A DNA stretch of 64,000 bases from Lachnospiraceae bacterium (GTDB taxonomy: Bacteria > Bacillota > Clostridia > Lachnospirales > Lachnospiraceae): positions 3,524 to 67,523 of the forward strand of contig JBJEMI010000002.1 in assembly GCA_051879615.1 (NCBI GenBank), given 5' to 3'. The position numbers were made by a program, and so were the translations under genes. Shown piece by piece: positions 47,137-56,126 of the stretch. Numbering within the stretch: the first letter of the stretch is position 1; each line of letters starts with the position of its first letter. The notes beneath the pieces are model-generated. The model saw only the letters and a program-made list of their open reading frames with translations. It did not search any database and was not told the DNA's origin.

Positions 47137-47184
47137 TGTTATAAAAATATCGCAGAAATGATTCTGCCGAGGAAAGAGGAAAAA

Positions 47185-48786
47185 ATGAAAGCAAAAATGA
47201 AAAAACTGATGGGCGGGCTTTCCTTTGTAATGCTTGCCGTTCTATGCAGTCCTTTGGTGGCATTTGCGGCTGAAGAAGCAGTGCAGCCGGCAAAGTATGC
47301 TACCTTTTGGGCACTGATTCCGCCGATCGTGGCAATCCTTCTTGCTCTGATTACGAAGGAGGTTTACAGTTCCCTGTTTGTCGGTATCCTGGTGGGCGGT
47401 CTGTTCTATTCGGGATTCTCCTTTGAAGGTACGGTAAATCACATTTTCCAGAATGGGTTTATCGGAGTGCTTTCCGACAGCTATAACGTCGGTATTCTGG
47501 TATTTCTTGTGATCCTGGGAGCAATGGTATGTCTGATGAATAAAGCCGGTGGTTCGGCTGCGTTCGGACGATGGGCAAGTGCGCATATTAAATCCCGTGT
47601 CGGAGCACAGCTTGCGACGGTCCTGCTCGGATGTCTGATCTTCATCGATGACTATTTCAACTGTCTGACAGTCGGAAGCGTGATGCGCCCGGTAACAGAC
47701 AAACACAATATTTCACGTGCGAAACTGGCGTACCTGATCGATGCCACAGCAGCACCGATCTGTATCATTGCACCGATTTCTTCCTGGGCTGCGGCGGTTA
47801 CAGGTTTCGTAGAAGGTGCGGATGGATTCTCTATCTTTATACGTGCGATTCCGTATAACTTCTATGCAATTCTGACGATCGTTATGATGGTTACACTCGC
47901 TGTCCTGAACGTTGATTACGGTCCGATGAAAAAGCATGAGTCCAATGCGGTAAAAGGTGATCTCTATACAACACCTGACAGACCGTATGCAAATGCTTCT
48001 GAAGAAAGTGTCAATGAAAAGGGAAAAGTGATCGATCTGCTGATTCCTGTCGTTACACTGATCGCATGCTGTGTCATCGGTATGATCTACACCGGTGGTT
48101 TTTTCAGCGGAACAGGATTTGTTGAAGCGTTTTCCGGAGCTGATGCTTCTGTAGGCCTGGCATACGGCAGTTTCTTTGCACTGCTGATCACGATCTTACT
48201 GTATGTTGTCAGAAAGGTATTATCCTTCTCAGACTGTATGTCCTGTATTCCGGAAGGCTTTAAGGCCATGGTGCCTGCGATTCTGATCCTCACAATGGCA
48301 TGGTCATTAAAAAGCATGACAGACAGTCTCGGCGCAGATGTATTCGTGGCTGAGTTTGTCAGAACCAAAGCAGCCAACATGATGAATTTCCTGCCGGCCA
48401 TCATCTTCCTTGTAGGATGCTTCCTCGCATTTGCGACAGGTACCTCATGGGGAACCTTCGGTATTCTGATTCCGATCGTAGTTTCCGTATTCCAGGGTAC
48501 AAATGATACAATGATGATTATTTCCATCTCTGCATGTATGGCGGGTGCTGTATGCGGAGACCACTGCTCACCGATTTCGGATACGACGATCATGGCATCT
48601 GCCGGTGCTCAGAGTAATCATATCAACCATGTAAATACGCAGCTGCCGTATGCAATTACGGTTGCAGCAGTTTCCTTTATCACCTATATTGTGGCAGGTT
48701 TTGTGCAGAGTGCATGGATCACACTTCCGGTCGGTATTGTACTGATGCTGCTTACATTATTTGTGATCAGATTCTCAAACCGATAA
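47185..48786 (+). CDS. Na+/H+ antiporter NhaC-family transporter (candidate lysine-related transporter)
   Basis: ATG after GGAAAGAGGAAAAA. About 533-aa polytopic protein with NhaC-type repeats. Lies downstream of the L-box. Confidence 0.9.
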   Translation: MKAKMKKLMGGLSFVMLAVLCSPLVAFAAEEAVQPAKYATFWALIPPIVAILLALITKEVYSSLFVGILVGGLFYSGFSFEGTVNHIFQNGFIGVLSDSYNVGILVFLVILGAMVCLMNKAGGSAAFGRWASAHIKSRVGAQLATVLLGCLIFIDDYFNCLTVGSVMRPVTDKHNISRAKLAYLIDATAAPICIIAPISSWAAAVTGFVEGADGFSIFIRAIPYNFYAILTIVMMVTLAVLNVDYGPMKKHESNAVKGDLYTTPDRPYANASEESVNEKGKVIDLLIPVVTLIACCVIGMIYTGGFFSGTGFVEAFSGADASVGLAYGSFFALLITILLYVVRKVLSFSDCMSCIPEGFKAMVPAILILTMAWSLKSMTDSLGADVFVAEFVRTKAANMMNFLPAIIFLVGCFLAFATGTSWGTFGILIPIVVSVFQGTNDTMMIISISACMAGAVCGDHCSPISDTTIMASAGAQSNHINHVNTQLPYAITVAAVSFITYIVAGFVQSAWITLPVGIVLMLLTLFVIRFSNR

Positions 48787-49005
48787 TTCTACCAGAATCA
48801 CATCGGTACCGATCTGTTTAATATTACACCAGGGGATGCAGATTTCGTCATTGCCGAAAATGTTGAAAAAACTCATCCTCTGGGATACGATCAAAGCTGT
48901 CAGATGACAGCTTTTTTTGTCGAATTCCAGATCTACGACACATCCGACTTTTTTTCCGTTACAGATATTGATTACATCTTTTTCACGTAATTCGGAAAGC
49001 TTCAT
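48775..49005 (-). CDS. YlmC/YmxH-family sporulation protein (PRC-barrel)
   Basis: MKLSELREKDVINICNGKKVG ... IPWCNIKQIGTDVILVE resembles B. subtilis YmxH/YlmC. 76 aa. Confidence 0.85.
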   Translation of the reverse strand: MKLSELREKDVINICNGKKVGCVVDLEFDKKSCHLTALIVSQRMSFFNIFGNDEICIPWCNIKQIGTDVILVELSV

Positions 49006-49143
49006 GGAAAATCCCCCTCTTTTTCAGTTTATGCAGGATACGGATGAAGGTTTCTGCGAAACTCCCCGGAAAGATTGACATTGCAGGAAAAAATGTAATA
49101 TACTTTTAGCAGTTTAAGACATGAACCATTGGGGGATGAAATC

Positions 49144-49593
49144 ATGAAATGTCCATTTTGTAATCAGGAAACAACGAGAGTGATTGACTCAAGGCCGGCA
49201 GATGATAATTCATCGATCCGCAGAAGAAGACTGTGTGATGAGTGTGGGAAGCGCTTTACAACTTATGAAAAGGTTGAAACCATTCCGCTGATCGTTATAA
49301 AGAAAGACAACAACAGAGAGACCTATGACCGTTCCAAGGTAGAAGCAGGCGTGCTTCGTGCCTGCCATAAGCGTCCGATTCCGGCTGAAAAGATCAGTGC
49401 ATTGGTCGACAGCGTGGAACAGGAAATCTTTAACCGGGAGGAACGTGAGATTCCGAGTGAAAAAGTCGGTGAGATCGTAATGGATAAATTAAAGGATCTG
49501 GATTCTGTGGCATATGTGCGTTTCGCTTCCGTTTATCGAGAGTTTAAGGATGTGAATACCTTTATGGATGAACTGAAAAAGATACTGGAATGA
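49144..49593 (+). CDS. nrdR: transcriptional repressor NrdR
   Basis: MKCPFCN...RRRRLCDECGKRFTTYE zinc ribbon plus ATP-cone. Confidence 0.95.
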   Translation: MKCPFCNQETTRVIDSRPADDNSSIRRRRLCDECGKRFTTYEKVETIPLIVIKKDNNRETYDRSKVEAGVLRACHKRPIPAEKISALVDSVEQEIFNREEREIPSEKVGEIVMDKLKDLDSVAYVRFASVYREFKDVNTFMDELKKILE

Positions 49594-49622
49594 TCGGCAA
49601 ATAAGTGATTGAAGGAGATGTT

Positions 49623-50132
49623 ATGTTTCGTACATTTTATCCAAAGGAATATGTGGATTCCACCTATGCGATTGATTTTGAGAAGATGGCATCCCGGGGC
49701 TATCGGGGTGTGATCTTTGACATCGACAATACACTGGTGCCCCACGGAGCTCCGGCAGATGAAAAAGCGGAAAAGCTGTTTGCGCAGTTGAAAGAACTGG
49801 GGATCAGTGCATGTCTGCTGTCAAATAATAAAGAACCCCGTGTGGCCCTGTTCAATGAAAAGATACAGGTTTATACGATCAGTGAAGGCGGAAAACCGAA
49901 TCCCAGGGGGTATCGCAGAGCCATGGAACTGATGGGAACCGATGTGAACAATACCTTCTTTGTAGGAGATCAGCTGTTTACGGATGTGTGGGGAGCGAAT
50001 CTTACGGGGATCTACTCGATTCTTGTAAAACCGATCCATCCGAAGGAAGAGATTCAGATCGTGCTGAAACGCTATCTGGAGAAGATTGTTTTATTCTTTT
50101 ATTTAAAGGAGCAGAAGAAGAAAAACAGATGA
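49623..50132 (+). CDS. yqeG: YqeG-family HAD-IIIA phosphatase
   Basis: ATG after GAAGGAGATGTT. VIFDIDNTLV, LSNN, VGDQLFTDV motifs. Confidence 0.85.
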   Translation: MFRTFYPKEYVDSTYAIDFEKMASRGYRGVIFDIDNTLVPHGAPADEKAEKLFAQLKELGISACLLSNNKEPRVALFNEKIQVYTISEGGKPNPRGYRRAMELMGTDVNNTFFVGDQLFTDVWGANLTGIYSILVKPIHPKEEIQIVLKRYLEKIVLFFYLKEQKKKNR

Positions 50133-50632
50133 AAAATGTAGTTTTGATGGGATTTATGGGAGCCGGAAAGACGACGGTCGGAAAAATGCTTGCCGGGGCA
50201 GAGCATTATCAGTTCATTGATACGGATGAACAGATTGAGAAAGAACAGAACCGGAAAATTTCAGATATATTTGATCAGGACGGAGAAGAAGCCTTTCGGC
50301 AGATGGAAACAGATTATCTGAGAAAGCTGGAGGCGGAACAGAGGCCGTTTGTGTTATCGATCGGCGGAGGTATGCCTGTCCGGGAGGAAAACCGGGAACT
50401 GCTGCGGAAACTAGGGATCGTTGTTTATCTGGAGGCATCAAAGGAAACGATCATTCAGAGAGTTTCCGGGGATGTGAACAGACCGCTGCTTCAGGGAGGA
50501 AGTCTGGAGGAAAAGGTGACGGCACTGATGAATGCCAGAGAGGCAGTTTATCTGGAAACAGCACATGCAGTGCTGAATACGGATGGAGATACTGCGGAAA
50601 CAGTGATAAAAAAAATAAAAGATCTTTTGTGA
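50129..50632 (+). CDS. aroK: shikimate kinase
   Basis: ATGA overlap with the yqeG stop. GFMGAGKTTVGK P-loop and GGGMP motif. Confidence 0.9.
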   Translation: MKNVVLMGFMGAGKTTVGKMLAGAEHYQFIDTDEQIEKEQNRKISDIFDQDGEEAFRQMETDYLRKLEAEQRPFVLSIGGGMPVREENRELLRKLGIVVYLEASKETIIQRVSGDVNRPLLQGGSLEEKVTALMNAREAVYLETAHAVLNTDGDTAETVIKKIKDLL

Positions 50633-50634
50633 AT

Positions 50635-50662
50635 AAAACCCTGAATGCAGCAGGGTTTTTTC
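50635..50662 (+). terminator. intrinsic terminator after aroK
   Basis: AAAACCCTG / CAGGGTTTT stem followed by TTTTTT. Confidence 0.75.
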
Positions 50663-50694
50663 GTTAAAAATACCCAATGATTTGCAAATAGATT

Positions 50695-50723
50695 CTATCT
50701 TTTTCGTTAAAATATGGTATAAT
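50695..50723 (+). promoter_or_regulatory. extended -10 promoter candidate for the GH2 gene
   Basis: TGGTATAAT (TGn + TATAAT at 50718-50723). Weak -35. Confidence 0.4.
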
Positions 50724-50756
50724 TGTTATGCAATATGATAGAAAGGAAAAAGGGGT

Positions 50757-53700
50757 ATGCGAAACAAAAAATTCAAACGATTGGGTGCAGCGCTTCTGGC
50801 AGCAGCACTCATCATGCCGGGACTTAGCGGCATGGGCACAGTCAGTGCGGCAGAAGATACTGCTCAGATGGCTTCTGACAAAGAAGTTGTGTATGTAAAT
50901 GAGTATAGCGACACAGCCAAGCGCGAGCAGAACTTTGACAGCAACTGGAAATTTTATCTGGGTGATGCAGCCGGTGCAGAAGGAACAGCATTCGATGATT
51001 CCAGATGGGATACGGTTTCTCTTCCGCATGATTACAGCATTGAACAGGAATATTCAAAATCCATGGAAGCTGAAAGCGGATATCTTCCGGGCGGCACAGG
51101 CTGGTACAGAAAACATTTTATTTTAGGAAGCGAAATGGAAGGAAAGCAGCTGAGAATAGATTTCGGCGGCGTTTATATGAACGCCACTGTATGGGTAAAC
51201 GGAACTCAGTTGGGAACCCATCCATTCGGTTACACACCATTCTCCTTTGATATTACAGATTACGTAAAAATCGGAGAAGAAAATGTGATTACCGTAAAGG
51301 TAGAGCATAAAACGCCATCCAGCAGATGGTATTCTGGAAGCGGTATTTACCGCAGCGTGAACCTGACGGTGACGGATGAGGTTTATGTGGATCTTTACGG
51401 TACAAAAATCGAAACACCGAACCTTGAATCTGAACAGGGCGGAACAGTCAGCATGAATGTCAAGACAAATGTTGTCAACAAAAGTGCTGAAGCAAAAGAC
51501 GTTGTTCTGGTACATACGATCTACGAAAAAGGTACAGAGAGCAGCATCGGTACTGTCACAACAGACAGTCAGTCTGTAGCAGCAGGCGAAAGCGCAGAAA
51601 TTTCTGCGGTACTTCCTGCAGACAATCCAAAGCTCTGGGATACGGAAAATCCAAAGCTCTATACGGTAGTTACGGAAGTAAAGGTTGGGGATGAAGTAAC
51701 AGATACCTATGAAACCGAATACGGATTCCGTTATATCAGCTTTGATACAGAGACAGGCTTTTACTTAAACGGAGAAAACGTGAAGTTAAAAGGTGTCTGT
51801 ATGCATCATGACCAGGGATCCCTGGGAGCTGAGGCACATTACCGTGCGATTGAACGACAGGTAGAGATTCTTCAGGAAATGGGATGTAATTCTATTCGTG
51901 TAACACATAACCCTGCAGCAAATGAACTCATTGAGATCTGCAACGAAAAGGGTATTCTTGTGATTGACGAACTTTTTGACGGCTGGATGTATGCGAAGAA
52001 TGGAAATTACAATGACTATTCTGTATGGTTCAGAAAAACCATCGAAGCATCCAATGAGATTCTTGGAAGCAAACCGGGAATGACATGGGCTGAATTTGAC
52101 CTGAAAACAACGATCAACCGCGGAAAGAACGATCCGTCCGTTATCATGTTCTCTCTCGGAAACGAGATTCAGGAAGGTGCAGGCGGAACAGGGTACAATA
52201 CGATGTGCCGCAGCCTGATTCAGTGGGCACGGGAAGTGGATACAACAAAATTGCTGACCATCGGAAGCAATGCAGTGAAAAACGGAGGCAGCGAACATAT
52301 TGATATCGCAAATCAGCTGACAGCAGTCGGCGGTGTATCCGGTACAAACTATTCGAACGGAAGCAGCTATGACAACCTCCATGCAGCTTACCCGAACTGG
52401 TATCTGTATGGTTCTGAAACAGCTTCTCATATCAACAGCCGCGGTGTCTATGATCGTATCAGCGGCGGCAGTCAGACCTATGACAAACAGCTGACCTCTT
52501 ATGATTACTCAGCAGTCGGCTGGGGTGCTGTTGCAAGTTCAGCATGGTATGATGTTATTACCAGAGATTTTGTAGCCGGTGAATATGTATGGACAGGCTT
52601 TGATTACCTTGGCGAACCGACACCGTGGAACGGTACGGGATCAGGTGCTGTCGGAGCATGGCCGTCGCCAAAGAACTCGTATTTCGGTATCGTTGATACT
52701 GCCGGATTCCCGAAGGATAATTACTATCTGTACCAGAGCCAGTGGAATGAAGACGTAACCACACTTCATGTACTTCCGGCATGGAACAGCGATGTCGTAT
52801 ACAAAGACTATAGCGGAAAAGTTCCGGTAGTCGTATATTCAGATGCAGCAGCAGTGGAACTGTTCTTCCGGGCAGCAGGCAGTGATACACAGACCTCTCT
52901 AGGAAAGAAAGCATTTACCGAAAAAACAACAGCAGCGGGATATACCTATCAGATCTATGAAGGCAGTGATAAGGACAGCACAGCTCACAGAAATCTGTAT
53001 CTGACATGGAAGGTTCCGTATGAAGACGGTACGATTACAGCGGTTGCCTATGATAAAGCAGGCAACGTGATCACAGAAACAGAAGGACGCTCCTATGTCA
53101 CAACAACAGGAGAAGAAGCAAGATTAGCAGCATCTGTTGACCGTGACGAAATCACAGCGGACGGAAAAGATCTTGCATATGTGACAGTTGATGTTACAGA
53201 TGCAGAAGGCAATATCGTGCCGGATGCTTCCAACCGTGTAAAGATCACTGTAGAAGGGGACGGTGTTTTAGTCGGTGTTGACAACGGTAAACAGGCTGAT
53301 CATGATTCCTTCCAGGCAGACAACCGTGAGGCATACAACGGCAAAATGCTTGCAATTGTTCAGTCTACAAAAGAAGCAGGCTCTTTCACCGTTACTGCAA
53401 CAGCAGACGGACTGGAATCAGATTCTGTAACCGTTCATACAACAGCATCTGACACAGTATCTGAGATCAGCTTCTATATGTCTAAAAACTATTATGTAAA
53501 AGTGGGCGACAAACCGGTACTTCCGGACACGATCGAACTTCGTACAGGCGGAGAAAGCAAAGATGTAACAGTAGTCTGGGATGAGATCAAGGAAGCTGAC
53601 TATAACAAAGCCGGTACATTTACAGTGAACGGTACTGCAGACGGAAAATATGCCGTATCTGTTTTCGTAAATATGATTGAGGAAGTCGGCGGATTGTTAA

Positions 53701-55898
53701 ATTACTCTACAGCAACAGCCAAAGGTGTAGCACCGATCCTTCCGGATGCCAGACCGGCGGCATTGGTAGACGGAACAATTTTAGATGTATCCTTCCCTGT
53801 TGTATGGGATCCGGTTGAGGCTGAAGCTTATGCAGAACCGGGCACAGTCGTAGTCAATGGTGTTGCAGATGTATTCGGAACAGAAATGAAGGTTACAGCT
53901 TCTGTTCGTGTGCAGGAAGAAAGTCTGTCAATCGGTGACAGTGTATCCGGAGCAGCTTATTTAAGTCAGGATATTCCGGAAGCGTTACAGTCTGATACAC
54001 TGGATGCGATTAAGGATGGAAGTACAGAAATCGCCGCAAATTCTGACGGCGGTCCAAATCCGACGGCATGGTCTAACTATGCGAATTCACAGGCCGGTGA
54101 CAATACAGCGGAAATCGTGTTTGAATATGATACACAGCAGAGAATCGGTGAAATTGTCATTCATTTCTGGAAAGACGGATATTCTGCAGAATTTCCGGAT
54201 GCCGGTACTACAGAAATTTATATTTCTGATGATGGACAGGGATGGACAAAGGTAGATGCAGAAGAAACCATCGGAACAGAGGTCAGCAGAGTAAAAGCAT
54301 ATACTTATTCATTCACACCGTTCACGGCTACATTTGTAAAATTCTGTATTACAAACAGTACCGCACAGAAGGCTGTAAAAGCATGTACGGGAATTACTGA
54401 AATCGAATTAAAGAAAGTTACGGGAACCTTTTCAACAAACACAACAGCTGCGATCGCAGGACTGACAGTCAACGGCGTAGCTGCGACAGCAGGAGAACTT
54501 GCATCAGGTGTCTTCTATACATCGGACAGAGCAGCCAGAGTGAAAGTGGTACCGGAAGGAAACGCATCAGTGACAGTGCTTCCTGCATATGACGATCAGA
54601 TCGTGATCATCACAGAATCTGAAGATCATAAGACGAGAGAAACGTTTGCGGTCATTCTCGGACAGGAAAAACCGGCAGATCCTTCCGACGCATCCAATGA
54701 TTATCCGGTCAGCAAACTGACTGCGATCAGCGAGAGCCAGTATTTGCCGGGCACGGCAAACGAAGGTCCGGACGATTACGTTTTAGACGGCAAAGCCTCA
54801 ACCCACTGGCATACCAACTGGAATACAACAGAAGCCAAGGATGTTGCAAAACGCTGGATCGGACTTAGTCTGGAAGAAGCAACTGAGATTTCCGGTATCC
54901 GTTATCTGCCGAGAACTTCCGGCGGAAGCAACGGTGCAGTGACCGAGTACAAGGTACAGTATCGCGAGACAGATGACGGCGAATGGATCGATCTCGCATC
55001 AGGAACATGGGATCGGACAGATTCAGACTGGAAATTGGTACCATTTGCAAAAGTAACAGCAAAACAGATTCGTGTAATCGGTGTCCATACTTATGCGGAC
55101 AGCGGTTACGATGCACACATGAGTACAGCAGAGCTGCGTGTTCAGGTTCCGGGAACATCAGGAAATACAACAGTAGATATCACAGAACTGATCGGCAAGC
55201 TCCTGGAAGCGGAAGCGATTGACAGAAGTAAATACACAGCAGACAGCGCTGCAGCACTGGAAGCTGCAATCGAAAAAGCGGATGCAGTCTGTGAAAATGC
55301 GGACAGAACAGAAGAGGAAGTAGCAGCTGCCATCGCAGAGCTGGAAGCCGCTGTCAAGGGTCTTAAAACAGAACAGACCAATACGTTCGAAGATGTTCAG
55401 GCAGACGATTTCTTCTATGATGCAGTAATCTGGGCAGCAGAAAACAGGATTGTAGAAGGCTGGACAGATACTACCTTTGAACCGTACAGGACATGTACCA
55501 GAGGTCAGGTGGTAAGCTTCATCTGGAGAGCTCAGGGCTGTCCGAAAGCAGAACAGGAATCCGGATTCGCAGATGTAGCAGCAGATGCATATTATGCAAA
55601 AGCAGTTGCATGGGCAGTTGAAGAAGGAATTACAGACGGCTGGACAGAAACGACTTTTGAGCCTGAAATGACGGTGACCAGAGGTCAGGCAGTAACCTTC
55701 CTCTACAGAGCAGCAGGTATGCCGGAAGTATCTGAAGAAACCGGATTTGAAGATGTGGCAGCAGGTGCATATTATGCAAAAGCGGTTGCATGGGCAGTCG
55801 AAGAAGGAATTACAGACGGCTGGACAGAAACGACATTTGCACCTGAAGAGGGATGTACCAGAGGTCAGATCGTAACCTTCCTCTACAGAGCAAAATAG
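50757..55898 (+). CDS. cell-surface glycoside hydrolase family 2 (beta-galactosidase-like) with Ig-like, F5/8 type C, FIVAR and three SLH modules
   Basis: Signal peptide. GH2 sugar-binding/TIM signature (WDTVSLPHDYS, RVTHNP, FSLGNEIQEG acid/base, YGSETAS nucleophile region). Discoidin-like module (YVLDGKASTHWHTNW). Three C-terminal SLH repeats (F.DV....YY..AV.WA.E..I..G). Confidence 0.9.
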   Translation: MRNKKFKRLGAALLAAALIMPGLSGMGTVSAAEDTAQMASDKEVVYVNEYSDTAKREQNFDSNWKFYLGDAAGAEGTAFDDSRWDTVSLPHDYSIEQEYSKSMEAESGYLPGGTGWYRKHFILGSEMEGKQLRIDFGGVYMNATVWVNGTQLGTHPFGYTPFSFDITDYVKIGEENVITVKVEHKTPSSRWYSGSGIYRSVNLTVTDEVYVDLYGTKIETPNLESEQGGTVSMNVKTNVVNKSAEAKDVVLVHTIYEKGTESSIGTVTTDSQSVAAGESAEISAVLPADNPKLWDTENPKLYTVVTEVKVGDEVTDTYETEYGFRYISFDTETGFYLNGENVKLKGVCMHHDQGSLGAEAHYRAIERQVEILQEMGCNSIRVTHNPAANELIEICNEKGILVIDELFDGWMYAKNGNYNDYSVWFRKTIEASNEILGSKPGMTWAEFDLKTTINRGKNDPSVIMFSLGNEIQEGAGGTGYNTMCRSLIQWAREVDTTKLLTIGSNAVKNGGSEHIDIANQLTAVGGVSGTNYSNGSSYDNLHAAYPNWYLYGSETASHINSRGVYDRISGGSQTYDKQLTSYDYSAVGWGAVASSAWYDVITRDFVAGEYVWTGFDYLGEPTPWNGTGSGAVGAWPSPKNSYFGIVDTAGFPKDNYYLYQSQWNEDVTTLHVLPAWNSDVVYKDYSGKVPVVVYSDAAAVELFFRAAGSDTQTSLGKKAFTEKTTAAGYTYQIYEGSDKDSTAHRNLYLTWKVPYEDGTITAVAYDKAGNVITETEGRSYVTTTGEEARLAASVDRDEITADGKDLAYVTVDVTDAEGNIVPDASNRVKITVEGDGVLVGVDNGKQADHDSFQADNREAYNGKMLAIVQSTKEAGSFTVTATADGLESDSVTVHTTASDTVSEISFYMSKNYYVKVGDKPVLPDTIELRTGGESKDVTVVWDEIKEADYNKAGTFTVNGTADGKYAVSVFVNMIEEVGGLLNYSTATAKGVAPILPDARPAALVDGTILDVSFPVVWDPVEAEAYAEPGTVVVNGVADVFGTEMKVTASVRVQEESLSIGDSVSGAAYLSQDIPEALQSDTLDAIKDGSTEIAANSDGGPNPTAWSNYANSQAGDNTAEIVFEYDTQQRIGEIVIHFWKDGYSAEFPDAGTTEIYISDDGQGWTKVDAEETIGTEVSRVKAYTYSFTPFTATFVKFCITNSTAQKAVKACTGITEIELKKVTGTFSTNTTAAIAGLTVNGVAATAGELASGVFYTSDRAARVKVVPEGNASVTVLPAYDDQIVIITESEDHKTRETFAVILGQEKPADPSDASNDYPVSKLTAISESQYLPGTANEGPDDYVLDGKASTHWHTNWNTTEAKDVAKRWIGLSLEEATEISGIRYLPRTSGGSNGAVTEYKVQYRETDDGEWIDLASGTWDRTDSDWKLVPFAKVTAKQIRVIGVHTYADSGYDAHMSTAELRVQVPGTSGNTTVDITELIGKLLEAEAIDRSKYTADSAAALEAAIEKADAVCENADRTEEEVAAAIAELEAAVKGLKTEQTNTFEDVQADDFFYDAVIWAAENRIVEGWTDTTFEPYRTCTRGQVVSFIWRAQGCPKAEQESGFADVAADAYYAKAVAWAVEEGITDGWTETTFEPEMTVTRGQAVTFLYRAAGMPEVSEETGFEDVAAGAYYAKAVAWAVEEGITDGWTETTFAPEEGCTRGQIVTFLYRAK
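55561..55895 (+). repeat. tandem 180-nt direct repeat encoding SLH modules 2 and 3
   Basis: Unit 1 (55561-55740) and unit 2 (55741-55895) start with CCGGATT and are nearly identical over long runs (e.g. GCATATTATGCAAAAGC.GTTGCATGGGCAGT.GAAGAAGGAATTACAGACGGCTGGACAGAAACGAC). SLH1 (55381-55560) is much more diverged. Confidence 0.85.
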
Positions 55899-55944
55899 TT
55901 CCATAGGATATTCTGAATCGGAAGATCGACGTAAGGACATAATG

Positions 55945-55975
55945 AAAACCCGCCCGGGATTCGGGCGGGTTTTTA
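55945..55975 (+). terminator. intrinsic terminator after the GH2 gene
   Basis: ACCCGCCCG / CGGGCGGGT stem with a 5-nt loop, followed by TTTTT. Confidence 0.8.
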
Positions 55976-56001
55976 TAAGAAAATAAAATGATATAAAGTT
56001 C

Positions 56002-56029
56002 TTGCAAAATAATAAAAATTCTGTAAAAT
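56002..56029 (+). promoter_or_regulatory. sigma-A-type promoter candidate for the ABC-F gene
   Basis: TTGCAA, 16-nt spacer, TAAAAT. Confidence 0.45.
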
Positions 56030-56047
56030 AGAAGAAGTATGTAAAGG

Positions 56048-56080
56048 ATACTCATTGAACATTTACAGTTCAATGAGTAT
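56048..56080 (+). other. 13-bp perfect hairpin in the ABC-F 5' leader
   Basis: ATACTCATTGAAC / GTTCAATGAGTAT with a 7-nt loop and no U-tract. Confidence 0.5.
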
Positions 56081-56126
56081 GAGATGTGTGGACAATGAGA
56101 AAGTCTGACAGAGAAAGGTTGATAAC

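Noticed and set aside
46922-47161. 79-aa + strand ORF in the EamA-NhaC spacer
   Set aside because: It coincides with the lysine riboswitch aptamer and its terminator, so the RNA element explains the region. It has no RBS.
55158-55940. 260-aa Cys-rich repetitive ORF on the - strand
   Set aside because: It is the mirror image of the SLH/FIVAR-coding repeats of the GH2 gene. Its repetitiveness is inherited from the sense strand.
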